Below are positions 1-13,900 of a stretch of DNA of 64,000 bases, piece by piece. Under the pieces are notes generated by a model, which worked only from the letters and a program-made list of their open reading frames with translations, searched no databases and was not told the origin of the DNA. Origin of the DNA: Sphagnum compactum (lineage: Eukaryota). A program made the translations under genes and the position numbers. Where the stretch lies: assembly GCA_965153455.1 (NCBI GenBank), contig OZ234494.1, positions 4,526,001 through 4,590,000 on the forward strand, in the 5' to 3' direction. The stretch's first letter is position 1. Each line of letters opens with the position of its first letter.

Positions 1-1320
1 AGCATCTTAACATTGATGATAGGGTGCAATCATGTTAAAGTAGGTCAATTTCTAATTCTTATTTTTTTGGTGAAAGTAACCATAAAATAAATCGTAATAT
101 AGAATTATTTGAAATATTTTTTGACTTTATTATAATGATAATATGTTTTATGTTCTTAATATGCATTTAAATGGATTATTTAAAATGCAAGTAGATGTTT
201 CAAATTAGTTTCAAGTAAATGAAATTAGGATTTTAATTAAAGTTTTGGTAACTTCAAGTTGATGGCACAATGAAATGTATTACTCATTTAAATTTTTTGC
301 ATAAGAGAAGCCATATTTTGTCAAATCTATAACTTAAAAGTAAGGTTTAACACATTTGATTTGGCTAGTTTAAAACCTATTTACTACATTTTTTTTACAT
401 TAAAGTTTTGAAACTTCGTATGCAATTTACTATAAATTTAATGAAGTACATGATGGTTTCATAATGATACTTGAAGAGGTTTTGAATTTTCTTTACTACG
501 TTTATATCAAAAGTAAAATATCACAATGTCAAGGGATTTTGTTTTTGCCTACTTTTGCATGTGTGTTCCTAATTAATTGAATAAAAGGGATTGAAATTAG
601 TGAAATTCGTTTTTACAACACATTTGAGGACATTTGGTTCAAATGTGTTTTTGGCACCGAAAATTATGAATTTTGAATATATGGGTTTAACAAAATTTAT
701 TCAATTTTATGTGGTAAAGCTCATGGATGCAAAATAATGTACATGATATAGACAAAATATAATAAAAAATATTTATATCTGACACACAATGGTAATTTGG
801 ATATGAAAAAATTTAGTTTTAAAGATTATAAACCAACACATGAATGCCACATGTCACTTGCAACCCTTGGAAAAGAACTTTCACCTTGGTGCCCCCACCT
901 CCTTTGACTATGTTTGCATCTTGTGTTATGATACTTTAATGTGTGGTGGTAGGGAATAAGCACAATAAATTGTGAATACAAATTACTTTGTCAAAACTAA
1001 ATGAAAATAAATGTAAAATAACATTAAAACCCATGAAAAAAATGGTTGTACATTGAATGTTTTTAATTGAATTATTTAAAAAAAATTCATTGATTTGCAT
1101 TCATTTTCAAATTTCAAATAATTTCAATTAGTTTTCTTTGCTTACGTGTTCAAAATGTAAGTAGTTTCAAAGTCTATATTTTTTTGTAGTGAGGGACATA
1201 TTTTATTTCTTGTAAAGTATGTGATAAGTAGGATTTTAAAAATATATATTTCACTTTTGATTAGAACCACACTTCAAAATATAATATATTTACATCTTAG
1301 AAAGTAAAGGACCAAATACA

Positions 1321-1399
1321 TTTAAAAAGTAGACCAAAGGTGTCCCCATTTACAAATTTATCACCCACCAAATGGGGATATTCTTGGTCTACTTTAAAA
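1321..1399. repeat. Short imperfect palindrome (~30-bp arms), MITE-like or TE-terminal hairpin
   Basis: The left arm TTTAAAAAGTAGACCAAAGGTGTCCCCATTT (1321-1351) pairs with AAATGGGGATATTCTTGGTCTACTTTAAAA (~1370-1399). Confidence 0.55.
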
Positions 1400-1779
1400 A
1401 AAAATCTCTTTTTTCTTGGGAAATCAATTCTTATAGTAATAATAGTGTCTAGGTGCAGGAGGGTTTTCAATTATATTTTCACCCATTTTTATCTCTGTGT
1501 TTGGGTTTATATGCATGATACATGGTAAAGCTAAAGACTTTTTGTGTTCACCATGCTTTACAAAATTTTAGGCATGTTTTCCAATTCCATCGAAACCAAA
1601 AAGTCCATAACCATAATTTTTTGGACTATGACCTTGAATGTATCTTAGGTTGCAAAGTTCACCTTTAATTGAATATTGATGTTTTTAATGTAATTTCTTT
1701 AGAGTTGGAAGGGTTGAAATATAAATATAATTTTTAAAAATGCATTTGAATTTGTATACAACAAGACTTGATTAACTTT

Positions 1780-2900
1780 GAAAAAACTACAATTGTGGTT
1801 TCCATAAAAGTCCACTATAGAATGTTTTTACCTTTAGGGTATGGTAAACAAGGTGCTTGTGTCCAACAAATGAAAATATAAGGCACTCAACATCCTCTCC
1901 ACCATGTGGGTCAAAAATTAGTTTATAGGTAGCATGGTAGCATGGCATCAACAATGGTTTCGATAACATTGATTTCATCCTTAGATTTAGCATCATAATT
2001 ATAATAGAGCATGTAAAATTTCTAACATAATCAACAAAATTACAAACAAATGCATCTCTACCTTGTGGAATCTTGATTAGTGTATGCACACATTTGAACA
2101 AAGGGAGAATTCAAGATAACCTTGAATAGGTTTGACATAAAAAATAACATTTCAATTCTTTTTAAAAAATCATTATTAGCCTTTTTTGCATGCATTTTCA
2201 CAATCGGAAGGTGGTATTTGGCATATACTTGTTATGCGAGACAAAACATGGAAATCCATATGGTCTTCACGTTCTCAAGCAACTCGTTGTCTTTATTATT
2301 GAATGGATCTAAAAGCTTTTCAAATTATTGGATTTTGTTCGAGTTGTGAACAAATTAAAAAACATATAGGTTTTGCACATGCCCTTCAACATATGCACAA
2401 GATCTAAATATGAAAGAATGACAACAACAAGGCTGGTCTTATAAACAAAACAAAGAACTCTATTTAGAATCAAGGCAACTTTCTCTTTGAATTACAAGGT
2501 CACACCAAATTGATGGTCCTAGAACACATATTACCATGTTGTATCAGCCCATTTCACCAACTACATTCATAATTCCTCCATCCCCAAACCACCAAAATTA
2601 AGCAAAAAGTAACCATTTGAGAAAATATATTGTCAAAAGTGGCAAAACACTAACAATGTCAACATAGAGGAGGATAGGAATCCTTTTCAATCTTGGACCA
2701 CATAAAGGAGGACTGATAGGCATTGAATGTTGTCAATGGTGATTGCTTCATCTTCACTCATTGCAATGAAGGTAGTAGATGCAAATGAAGCTCTAATGGC
2801 TTTCAATAGTATTTCATGCATGGGAACAACATAACAAACATAACAAGAGGAGCCATTCGAGCCCTTTTTTTGAATCTTTCTACATGAATTCTTTGACACA
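1780..2900 (-). pseudogene. Degenerate hAT-superfamily (ZNF862-like) transposase remnant
   Basis: Minus-strand fragments in the expected order: FIAMSEDEAITIDNIQCLSVLLYVVQD*KRIPILL (first catalytic-Asp region), ENVKTIWIS (~2250-2277, variant of the hAT 'TRW' motif), and CVHTLIKIPQGRDAFVCNFVD. Many stops and frameshifts. Family assigned by motif recognition only. Confidence 0.6.
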
Positions 2901-5900
2901 ATTTATGATTATATATCAGAAAGATTTTTTTTTTATTACATCTTGATCCTATATCATGTATATTATGCAAGGACTACATGTGACATGTGGCATTCCTATG
3001 TTGATCTACAATTTTTTTACATTTGATTTAAATATATTTTTTAGATTGGATATTTTTTTGCCACACCAAGTGATCAAACATCACATATATTATGTATCCA
3101 TGTTTTTTATCACATAAAAGTTAATAACTTTTGTTAAATAAATATCTTCAAAATTCATGATTTTTAAGGCCAAAACCATTTTTGAACCAAAGAGGCTCAA
3201 TTGTGTTGTAAAAATGAATTTGGCCAATTTTCATTTTTTTTCTCATGTTAGGATATTAGGATCCTTTCCAATTTTGAAAAGAAATGGTGCATATTTGATA
3301 ATGAAAATGGACAAACTTGAGAAAAAAATGTCCACTCCAAAATTTGAATTTGAAGTCTAGAGTGTTTTATCTCTTTTGAAACTTCACCAATTTGCATCAA
3401 ATTTCCAACATCATTGAAACTTTGCAAGTAATGAAATCTATTTTTTAAAAATTGAAAATCTAAATGATTGTGCCCTTAGTGAATTTTGAAATACATACAA
3501 TTATAGTTTGAAGCAATGTCCACCCCTTTAGGTGGCTCCTAATTAAGACTATGAATGCACCTACCCATGCTCTTTTACATAAAAAACCTTTTTTTGAAAA
3601 AACATTTTCAAAATTCATGATCAATATTCAAAATTTGAATCTATAAAGTTTTATAAACTTTGAATTTGCAAAGCTCTACACAGAAATGCAAGATAGCCAA
3701 ACTTCAACACAACACAATTTGCAAGATAGAAAAAAGAAAACTTAAGCGAAACTCAAAATAAATTTGAGAAATTTGAACGAGTAGAAGGAAAAGTTGAAAA
3801 TTGAAACCAGGCTTTGACATTTAGAGTTGCAAAATGTGAGCATGTCACTTGATAAAGGTAACTAATTGCAAGTGCCTTTAATTTTGACAAATTGGCAAAT
3901 CTTGAAATTTCATTTACATGCACAATCCACAATGCTTACAAGCATTTGCAATTGCAAATCCCATCCCTAAGTTCCCCAGAAGGTTTGAATCTCATCTTCA
4001 TTACTACACTTTGTTTGTTCTCCCTCCCCAAATCAATCACACCTTCTCTCATAATTCAACCCAATTCCAAAACATCAAAATTCGAATGGATTTTGGACAA
4101 CTACAAATGCAATTTCAACCTTCAGGTCTCTATGGTTTACCAAATCACTAAATTCCTACCCCCAAAGTGCAAATGGTCCTTAAATTATATAATACCTATA
4201 CTCTAAAATTGCTATTGGTGACTATTATCACATACTACATCATCATCTGCTAACAATTTTCAATCGAGAGATGGGAGGCGTAATTTAACCATATTGATGA
4301 CGAAAAGCTTAATATTGATGTTAGCAATGATAGCAAAAGAGGGGTGATAATAAGAGACAAAATGGTGATTTAGGGTTTTATGCTTTTAGGGTGGTGACAA
4401 TCCTACTATTTGTTAGCAATAGCACATTAGGTGATTTTTGTCAACAAATTTTACAAGGGTTTTTTGATAACCGCCCGGTCCATGTTTTGTGTCACCTTTA
4501 GGCGATTTTTGTCAACAAAATTTACAAGGGTTTTTTGACAACCACTTTTTGTCATACATAGCTCCAATTTTGGCATTCCATTTGGCTGAAAAAAATCATT
4601 GATACGGAGTTGGAGCTAGGTCTCCAACTGTCATTCACAAAATTTGTCCTAAGTTGATGACAAAATTCTATCCCAAAGACTGCACGGATGGATGGTCTTG
4701 TGTTTTTTTCCATTTGGGCAGGGCCAATAAGAGGATGCCACGGTCTTTTGTACGAGGACACACAATGTTCCAACGGAACAAAAACAAACATGTTGTGTAA
4801 ATGTAGTCCAGAACATAAGTGGGTCTTTTGGCCCTACAGTGGAACTCGTACGCACTATGTTGTGTAGAATAAGGCCCTGGCAATACCTGGCGTAATGACC
4901 GAGGTTGGGGCAGTACGTACGGTTGGGTCTTTGTGCTGCAAGAAATTAGGAAATGAGATATCAGGCGCGCCCTACGAGGAGGAGGCTGCTGCTGGTGGTG
5001 CATGAGGTGACGCTGTACTTGGGGGGGAGCATTATTGTAAAAAACGCAGTGCTCATTGCTGGCCTGCGAGTTCATTACACTTGTACCCACTACGTCTGCA
5101 CTTGTAGGCCTAGTGCCATGAAACCCAAACCAAAAATATAATAAAGTGGTGGAGGAAAAGTTAATGAGGGATAGATAGGCTTTTAAACTGGAAGCAAAAA
5201 TTGTTGTCTTGTTGCATGAATTCAATGTGACATGTAGCAAGCATTGAACCCAACCAACCTAAATACAATTCTATTCACCTATTCTCTTGTCATGAGCTAG
5301 ATTCTTGGTTGCAAGAGTGCACATGAGTGTACCAATGTTTTTTTATTACAAAAAAGTAAAAGTAAAAAATAAAAGTTATATATATATATATATATATCTA
5401 TCTATACATCACACCCAAAGTGTCAATGGGCCACAAGAGGATTTAGCTAGATTTAGTTACAAGAGAAATAGAGAAGTAGAAAACTTAGGAGTCCCCCTAC
5501 ATTTTGGCAATCTACTAGAACCTACTATCTAAATGTGACAATTATCTACCAATAAAGCTAGAAACCTGCAAAGTTTTCTTGACAATTTCATAGCTTTCTT
5601 CCTAAAAATCTGGTGAAAACTTTGAAATTTTTCTCAACAAAGCCTTTGACCATGTTTGCTAGGGGCTTTCCTTTTTAATTTCCTGGGAAAATGGCAAAAA
5701 TTCACCACCAACAAAAAGGTAGTATCCTGATGGTTATTTGCTATACCATGTTGTTTAAAAACTTTCAAAACAATTATGGGTCTCATGGTGTTTTTCTCAA
5801 AATTTTGGTTGAAATTTTTTTTCAAGGGGCTGCCAAGGTCTCAAAGGAGTTTTTTAGGAAAAAATTGATGACAACTCATCATATTTCGGGGTAGATATTT

Positions 5901-8199
5901 TTCAAGTCACCATATCTAGACATTGGCTTCTGGCTTGTCACCAGACATAGTGGGATTCCTAAAAACTTGAACTTAGGGTTTGTACTTATAGCCAAATTCG
6001 GCTAGGCCCTCTTCTAATCGATCTGCAGCCAACCTACTCCACAAAATTGGGGAAAAAGAAAAAGAAAAAAAAAAACCCCTGGATGGGAGTTCACATTGGT
6101 TTGATGATTCCAAATTTTTGCAAAACAAAGTTGTGATATTCTTTGGGAGATTGATCTATTGGATGTTTAAGGATTGAGGTAGAGTTCAGGTGATGTTCTC
6201 ATGTGGATAGTAGAGGAAGGTTGCATATTGTTTTAAAGGTTGCATTGAGGCAGGCATGCCCAAGTTTAATTTGTGTGTAGGGTAAAGCCCAAGGCCACAA
6301 GCTTTACCAGAACAAGGGCCCATCTGAGGCTGAGGGCTATACTGAGTGTAAAGAGTCTTTGCTGATTTTTGTCCGTGTTTTTGTCATGTGATACCTGACA
6401 GTTATCATGGGAAAAACCAGAAAAATTCAAGGTGTTAAAAAGGGAGAAGGGTCACTAGAATGGGCATTTCATTTTTTTGAAACGCCTTATCAACAGCAGA
6501 GGAAATATTTTGATAGGTAAAGGAGCCTTCTGATTATGTTGAAAAAAAAAGAGATGCAGGTTTTACACTTGCAAAATGGCATTTGGAACTGATAGAAAGA
6601 ACATTGACCACCTCACTTTGTTGGGCCCTACCCCTAATCGCATTTGATCCAACTTTTGGAAGTTTTACCTTATTAGAACTGATTTCACATTGGATGAACC
6701 AGTTTTTTTGGTGAAAGTGTTTAGACTGTTCAGATTGAAACGGATATTTTGGGTGTTCAAGAGTGTGGACACAGTAGGTAGATGTACAACATCTTATCTA
6801 TTGGCAGGGCCAGCGTGTTTGTGATGCCTATTTCCATACTCATTAGGTAATTTTGTTTCCATGAGTTTGCAATTGATGTAAACCTCTATTTGCTCTGCCC
6901 TAAAGGAAGAGACTTTGTATCCATCTAGCATTGTTGGCTTTTGAATTGTGAGCTAATTTGTGCATGGCAGCTAGAGACTCATTTGTACTCTTTGAATTCC
7001 CTCTTATATCAAATTCATCTTGCATTCAAATTACCCCACCATGCATGCTGCATTCCATCATTTCTCATGATTTTGTTTCAACCAGTTTTGGTTTCACATT
7101 CTAGGCTGACTGTTGTTCATGCTAGATGAGTTATAAGACTGTGCTATTGAGAATTTTGCTCAAACTGAACTGGAAACCAGATTGCACCTTGTTTCTTGCC
7201 AGGTCTGATTTATTGCTACAATTTCTATTTACTTCAAAACCTCCGACAAGTTTTGTAGTGTATTCAGAGGTGCTCTTATAGAACATAAAAGTTCACAGGG
7301 TATTTCAACATTGGCATTTCACTTTTCGAAATGGCCACACTGGTTTTCAAATTTGTTCTTGTGATATCTGGCATGTATCTGGCAGGTACCCACCCAGTAT
7401 CGAGGGGAAAATGTAGAAATTAAAAATCCATATATTTTAATGCCATATCATAGCTTTAGCCATAGGCATTACCAGAATTGGTGAGACCCTAAAAAGTCCA
7501 GTTCCAAAACAAAAGGTTTAATACCTTACCCTAAGGTCAGTTTCATCATTAAATAATCCTCAAAATAATGAAATTATTTTTTTGGGTGAAAATATGAAGT
7601 TGATATGTTGAAAATCATCATAATAAATCATAAGTTACGTTCTGGATAATTAAAAAACTAGTATGAAAATATCATAGTAGATGATGGAAATTTTGATAAT
7701 TGAAAAATTGAAAAATGAATCATTTTTTTGAAATTTTTGAAATTTGATTTGTTAATGTAAAAACTGACCCTAGGCAATGGTAATACAAAACCTGCTTTAG
7801 AACCATTGTGGAAGTTCCATCAAATAAATGCCATGAGCCCTAACCAAAGCTAGGAGGTTTCTTTCAAAATTATAAGAATTAGGAGGGACTAAAACCAGAT
7901 ATCCTCCTTGAAACTATGAATTAAAGTAGACTTCATCTCAAGGTGGGCTGCTACTGTAGGGGAGGGTTTTTCTAGACTTGGAGTCTTATTATGTTTACTT
8001 CCCCTTTTTTTAGTTGATGTGCTTCTAATGACTAGTTGAAGTTTTAGTACTAATGGTGATGTAACAATGTAAATAGTTCATTACTTATGTAATTACCTAG
8101 AGATTAAGTTTAATAATTTATTTGGTGGTTGGGTTTTATAATTTAATAATGGTTTGGTGAACCATCATCAAAGTCAGAGTTTTAATTAATGTGTATGAC

Positions 8200-8500
8200 T
8201 CACACATCATAATTCATAAGGAAAGTGTTTGCTTACATGATAGTCCATAAGGAAAGTTTTCATGGACATTAATATAGGATGGTGACCTATTAGAAAAGTC
8301 TTTGCAAAAATTAATTGTGATGATTCAAACATGGTGATTCACAATGAAAGTCCTTGCACAAATTAATGTGCATGATTCAAGCATGGTAACTCACAAGATA
8401 AATTTTTGCATAAGTTAATGTGATTATTCAAAGTTAGTGATTCATTAAAAAAGTCATGCTATAAATTAATGTGCATGTTGAATCACATGGTGAGCCATGT
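8200..8500. repeat. Degenerate ~50-55-bp tandem repeat (about 5 copies)
   Basis: Recurrent AAAGTC(C/T)TTGCA..AATTAATGTG..TGATTCAA.CATGGTGA.TCAC units. Confidence 0.55.
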
Positions 8501-10439
8501 GATGTGTAAGATTTTAAGAAATATCTGGTTTAATTTCTTTTTTAATTAGTATAGTAAATGGGTGTTTGAGACCTTTTGAAACACCTTTATTTGATGAAAA
8601 CAAACTGTTGTATGAATGCAAAGTTTTATGGAATAAATTGTGAAGAGAATTGAAATTTTCGTTTTTAAAGGTTTTGACATAGTTATGAACGTGTGAAATC
8701 CATGGTAGGAAAATGGTGTGACATAATAGCTATACACAAAAAATAGAAAGATGAAAGGATACTTGTGCATGCAAGAACATAAATTTTCATAACTATATAA
8801 TAACCATACATAGTTTCAATCCTAAACCTGCTTGTGATTTACGATTCCTTTATTTCCTTGTGGTTTGCTTCTTTTGGGTTGTTTATTTGCTTAGACTTTG
8901 GTCTTTGCCCTTTGTTTCTTTTTCTTTCCTTTTTTCTTGCATGTTTTCATTTTATAAAATTTGGCAAGGTTTCATCAAAGTAGAATGGTTTGAATGTTTG
9001 AACTTTGAATTAATGTTGTGTGATTTTTTCATTTTGTTAATAGACTATAGTTCCAGTTTTAAAACTTTTGGAAAACTTTTTAGAAATTCTTTGGATCGAA
9101 TGTCTTGAAAAGGTTAAAAACATTAAAATTTTAATTTTGGTTCGTTTTTTAAGAATAAAAAAAACCTTTGGTTTTTTGTTTTTGAAAATTTTCAAAGAAC
9201 TGACAGTTTTCATGAAAGAATATAAAAAGAAATGACTATTTAACCATAGGTTTTTAATTTAATTCTTTCATATTTTATAATGCGATTAAAGTTTAAAACC
9301 AATGTGGGGTGGTTATTAGAAATGGAAAATGATACCCATTGATTCTGAAGGTGATTTCCAAAGAGATATAACCATGGTTTTAGGAAACCAAATAACCAAT
9401 TCTAATCACAGTCCCCAAGAAAGAAACTTCAATAAAATTATTAGTTCTATGTTGATTATTTCATGAAATTTTTTTGTATTTTGAAGCCTTTTCGAAAAAC
9501 TGGAAACAAAGGAAATTTTTTCTCACGAACATGAAGAATAAACCATAATTGAAGGTTTTCTCATTTTCAAAAAAAATCAAAAATGAAGGTTATTAGAAAG
9601 ATAAGTAATCATTCACATTGGTCATAAACTAGCGTTGAGTGGTTATATATTTTATCAAGCTATAGTTGGGTACACAACTTTAACCAACAAAATCCAATAT
9701 GCATAATTTATTGTTAATTGACAATTTGGAAAATTGTGATAGTTGACAATTTAACATAATTGTTTTAGAATTTAAAGTAACATAACCATAACCCAAACAT
9801 GTTAAAAATATTTTGTGATTTTATTGGATCTAATTATATAGTGCACCTGCCATGTGTAAGTACTTCATGTATCATTTAAATGTATTCTTTATGTAAGAAT
9901 CATTTATTTTCTTATGTGTGTCCTTCAGTGTAAGATCAAAATTAAAACCATGGTGTTGTGCATGGCTAAAATTTTGGGAGTGGGTTAAATTTAAAGTGCA
10001 TACATGTTTTGCATAACTGTCATGATATGAGTCACTTTTGAAATTATTGTTTTATAACATCACCAAATGTCATTGAATGTTGAAAAAAAAAAGTTTATAT
10101 TTCACTATTTTCAAAATCCATCCCTTCATTTATAGTTAATTATGAATATGTTTGATTTAATTAATCATAATTGTGGGCTAAAAATATTTTCTTCTTTTCA
10201 ATATAACTTTAACTAAAGGTTATTTAAACATATAATGGACCAACATTGGTCAAAATAAAATTCTATGGTTTTTAAAAATTGCCAGACCAAGTTCAAAATC
10301 AATGTTGATTGGATATGCATTTTTGAAATTCAATATTAATTTAAAGAATGTGAGAATCAATGGATTACAATCCATGATATTCTTTAGAATATTGTTGCAA
10401 CTATGGTTTTGGAAACTGAAACACATGTATAGAGAAAAC

Positions 10440-10915
10440 TTTTCACCTTTTCTCTCGTCACATTCAATGGCAAGTTAATATTCATATCATTAAAGATGGC
10501 TTTTGAATTTTAATGGACGTTGTCATAACTAATTCAACCCAATCGAATATGATATAATGTGCATTGTTCATGATAGCGCATGCAATAACAATTATTGTTA
10601 GAAGAAAACATGATAATACTCAAACCGCGCATCATGAAATGATTTTATTCTCTTTGTCATAGAGACTTATGGTTGCCTTCATTTTTCGTTTCGACTTTTT
10701 TTTGACTTTTGTATGTAGGCTTCAACGATCCTCTTTAGTTGTCATGATACTTATTATTTATTATTGACAATGTATGTCCATAGGCTTCCAACGTGCATAG
10801 GCCATTGTGATCTTCCAGCGTGCTGCCATGCTTAAGAAACATTCCTCATCTCTTCCACACATTGTAGCCAATGCACCTCCATCATCAGCTGATTTGTGGT
10901 CAATAACACTTTTAG
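10440..10915 (+). mobile_element. 3' remnant of an RLE-type (CRE/R2-like) non-LTR retrotransposon
   Basis: Degenerate translation IHIIKDGF*ILMDVVIT ... NDFILFVIETYGC resembles the restriction-like endonuclease C-terminus (RPD..D...K...F.PLAxETxG). Multiple stops and frameshifts. Confidence 0.45.
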
Positions 10916-13900
10916 TTTAAGATCTTCTATTTTATTAATATATTAGTGATGTCTTGATAATTATGTTCTTTTGTGACATGTGTTCTTGTGCTTTTATTTG
11001 CCTTGTACTTCTAGGGGATGGGTTCCTATCCTTACCTTTTAAATTTTTTTTTTTAATACATGGGTTTAAAAAATACCTTTTTTCTTCTATTACACCATTA
11101 CATTATTATAGTAGAAGACACTTGTGAAAATAAGATGCACTAGCAACTAAGTTTGCAATTCCTCTGACATGCATCTCTGCCCACAACTTTTGAAGCAGCC
11201 TGTACACACTATTTAGAATGAAGTGAAATGTTTATGTAATGTGCAACTTAGTTCTGGCCTCTACAAATGACCAGGATAAGATGACTACCGAGAAGGCCAA
11301 TAGAAGGAAATAATTTTTTTCTTTTGGTTGATCATAATGATTGGACCACGTGACAACATCTTAAATATTCTCTTACTTTATGTTGTCCAATCTTTCATGT
11401 TTTGGAGTGAGGATGAGGAAATAATTAACACACTATATTCCGTGATAAACATTGGTAAAGTCCAAATAGGGGGCTTGTGGGTAGAGATGTTCTTGGAATA
11501 GCACAACTTGTTTTCTCTTTTGTTTTGTTTCCCCCCTTCCTTCATTTTGTAGCCATTACAATTGATCACCAAGTCAAACCCCCCTGAAAAGAGTGGGAAC
11601 TTAAAAAGATAGGAATCGAATCTGGGATCAACACCAACAACTAACCGACGACACCATCCGCCAAAAATGAGGGCCACGTGTTTTGTCATCCTAAGTTTCC
11701 TCCATCCATCCAATGGCTCATGTACACATGTGGATTGGGCCACAAAGGGTGAGAAAAACTTTAAAGCCGCAAAATGGGGCGAGAAAAACTGATCATCTCG
11801 TGTCTCCCTGATATTTTATGAAGGAGGCGAAAGCGTAGTAAGCAAGTCAGACACGTCCAAATTTTGCATCCAATGGATTTATCCATTTAAGTTAAAAATT
11901 TCCCTACTTTAAGACTTTATAAGTACCCTGAGTTTATAATGGAGATATGACCCCAGGCCAAAAATGGTGACAAAACAGTTTTGGAAATAGAAAGTTCATA
12001 CAGGCAATGGGGAAGGCTCAGTACGCACTCCAAGTGCCTTGTTTAAGGTACCTGGAATCCATCCAATGGATTTTCAGTTGCACTTCCACTTTATTAAGAG
12101 TTTGTAAGGTTGCTGGAATCCTGGCGGAGTGCAGTGCCCGAGGAAGACAGGCAGACCAAAACCAGCATGGGAGGCCCATCTTATGCCACACAGAAAAATA
12201 TAGCCCTGAATTTGAGGACCCCCCCTTCCCTAAATTTGAGGAGCCCTCTCTTCCGGGGCCTTATATATATATACACACGATATTAGTTATGGATTTGTTT
12301 TGTTGGCTAGTGCAGTCTTGATTTTTAACTACCCCACCAAAGTTGCATCTCTCTCTCTGTCTCTCTCTCTCTCTCTAAGTTAGTAAAAATAAAAGAACAA
12401 AGAAGGCATGGAGTTTCCATCAGTTTTCTGAATACCAACTCACTTAATTGCATGGAACTGTATGCTTAATCCTTACAGCATCACCGGCCCTAGGTCCCAT
12501 TACTCCCATTTGGGCCTATACCAGTGTCTCTCATATCCAACATAGAGTGTTAATTTTTTCCCTTTGCCTAAACAAAACCAATCTTGAGTTTGGGGATGTA
12601 ACCAATGTGATGATCAACCATAAGAAGATTTAGCCAAATTTGGCCATAAACAAGCTATGTACATTTAAAAAAAGAAACATCCTTCTATATTCTGGCTACA
12701 TACTTGAACCCAGCATGTACAGCAATCTGTTGATTTTTCTTAACTTTCAATTCAAATTATGACGATTGGAAATCCCAAGAATTACTTCATTTTCAAATGA
12801 AATTGTTTTCTTCTTTTATTTTCAGTGAAATCTAGTCAGTAAAAAAAAAGTCTGGTCCAAACATATTTTCACACTATTTGAAAGCTGTACTTCATCCGAA
12901 GCATAAAATACGGGCTATTTTGCTCCTGGCAGACCTAGTCTTAGTAGTCATACAAAGCTGGTCCATAAGTTCATCATCATCAAACATAAGATATGATAAC
13001 ATCTTTCAATGGTTTTATCTCTTCATTATTATTGTAGTGGTTTCTTAGAATGAAGTTTGGCTGAATTTACTTTAGTGGGTGTCAAACTTTTTCTTATGTC
13101 TTTGAAATCATGGTTTATTATGATCAATGCTAATTTGAAAGGGAGCAATGAGAGGAGATCATTCTTCATTTAACTTTGATTTTTTTTGTGCATTTGAACT
13201 ATTTATTTTCTTGCCTATGACCTTTCAAGAGACCAGTGCTAATCTAAAAACGATCTCCCCCGGGTTGTTCTTTTGGATCAGCACTAATCTTTCATCAGCA
13301 AATGTTCTAGGCCAACCATGTGTACATAACAATTTAAGCTTGTTCAAAGTCACCATAGTGCATAGCACAAAGAAAAAAGAACGCTTAATTTGCACTCCTT
13401 TGTTCTCTAAATATCATTTTTGCATAGTAGGTATGTAATATTTATGCATGAAAGAAATGTCACCCTTTTGATGAGGTTTGTATAAAAAAAAGTGCTTGAA
13501 TATAATCCATGGATTTTTCACTTTCAAGTTGATGCAAGATAAGAAATAATTAACATTTATAATGCATGGAATGTTAATTATTTCATATCTGGGACTAGTA
13601 ATACATGTTGACCCATCACGATCATACATGCAATGAAAAAGACCAATCTGATATTACTTTACAACCATATAGGAAATTGTGAAGGCCAATGTTAGAATCA
13701 AGTCTTTTACATTTACTCTAAAGCAGGGATAGTTATGTATCAAACTATTGATACTATATCAATGAACTACAAGAACATCAAGATATGTTTTGCTTTTGGA
13801 AATTGATCATGTAAGTTTAGAAGAAGAACAAACATCAAATGTTTCTTAAAAGCTTCAATCTTTTGAGTTACGCAAGCATACACACCGTAAGTTGTTACAA

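Noticed and set aside
4668-5240. 190-aa minus-strand ORF over a GC-richer island
   Set aside because: Non-ATG start, no recognisable motif, and no supporting exon structure.
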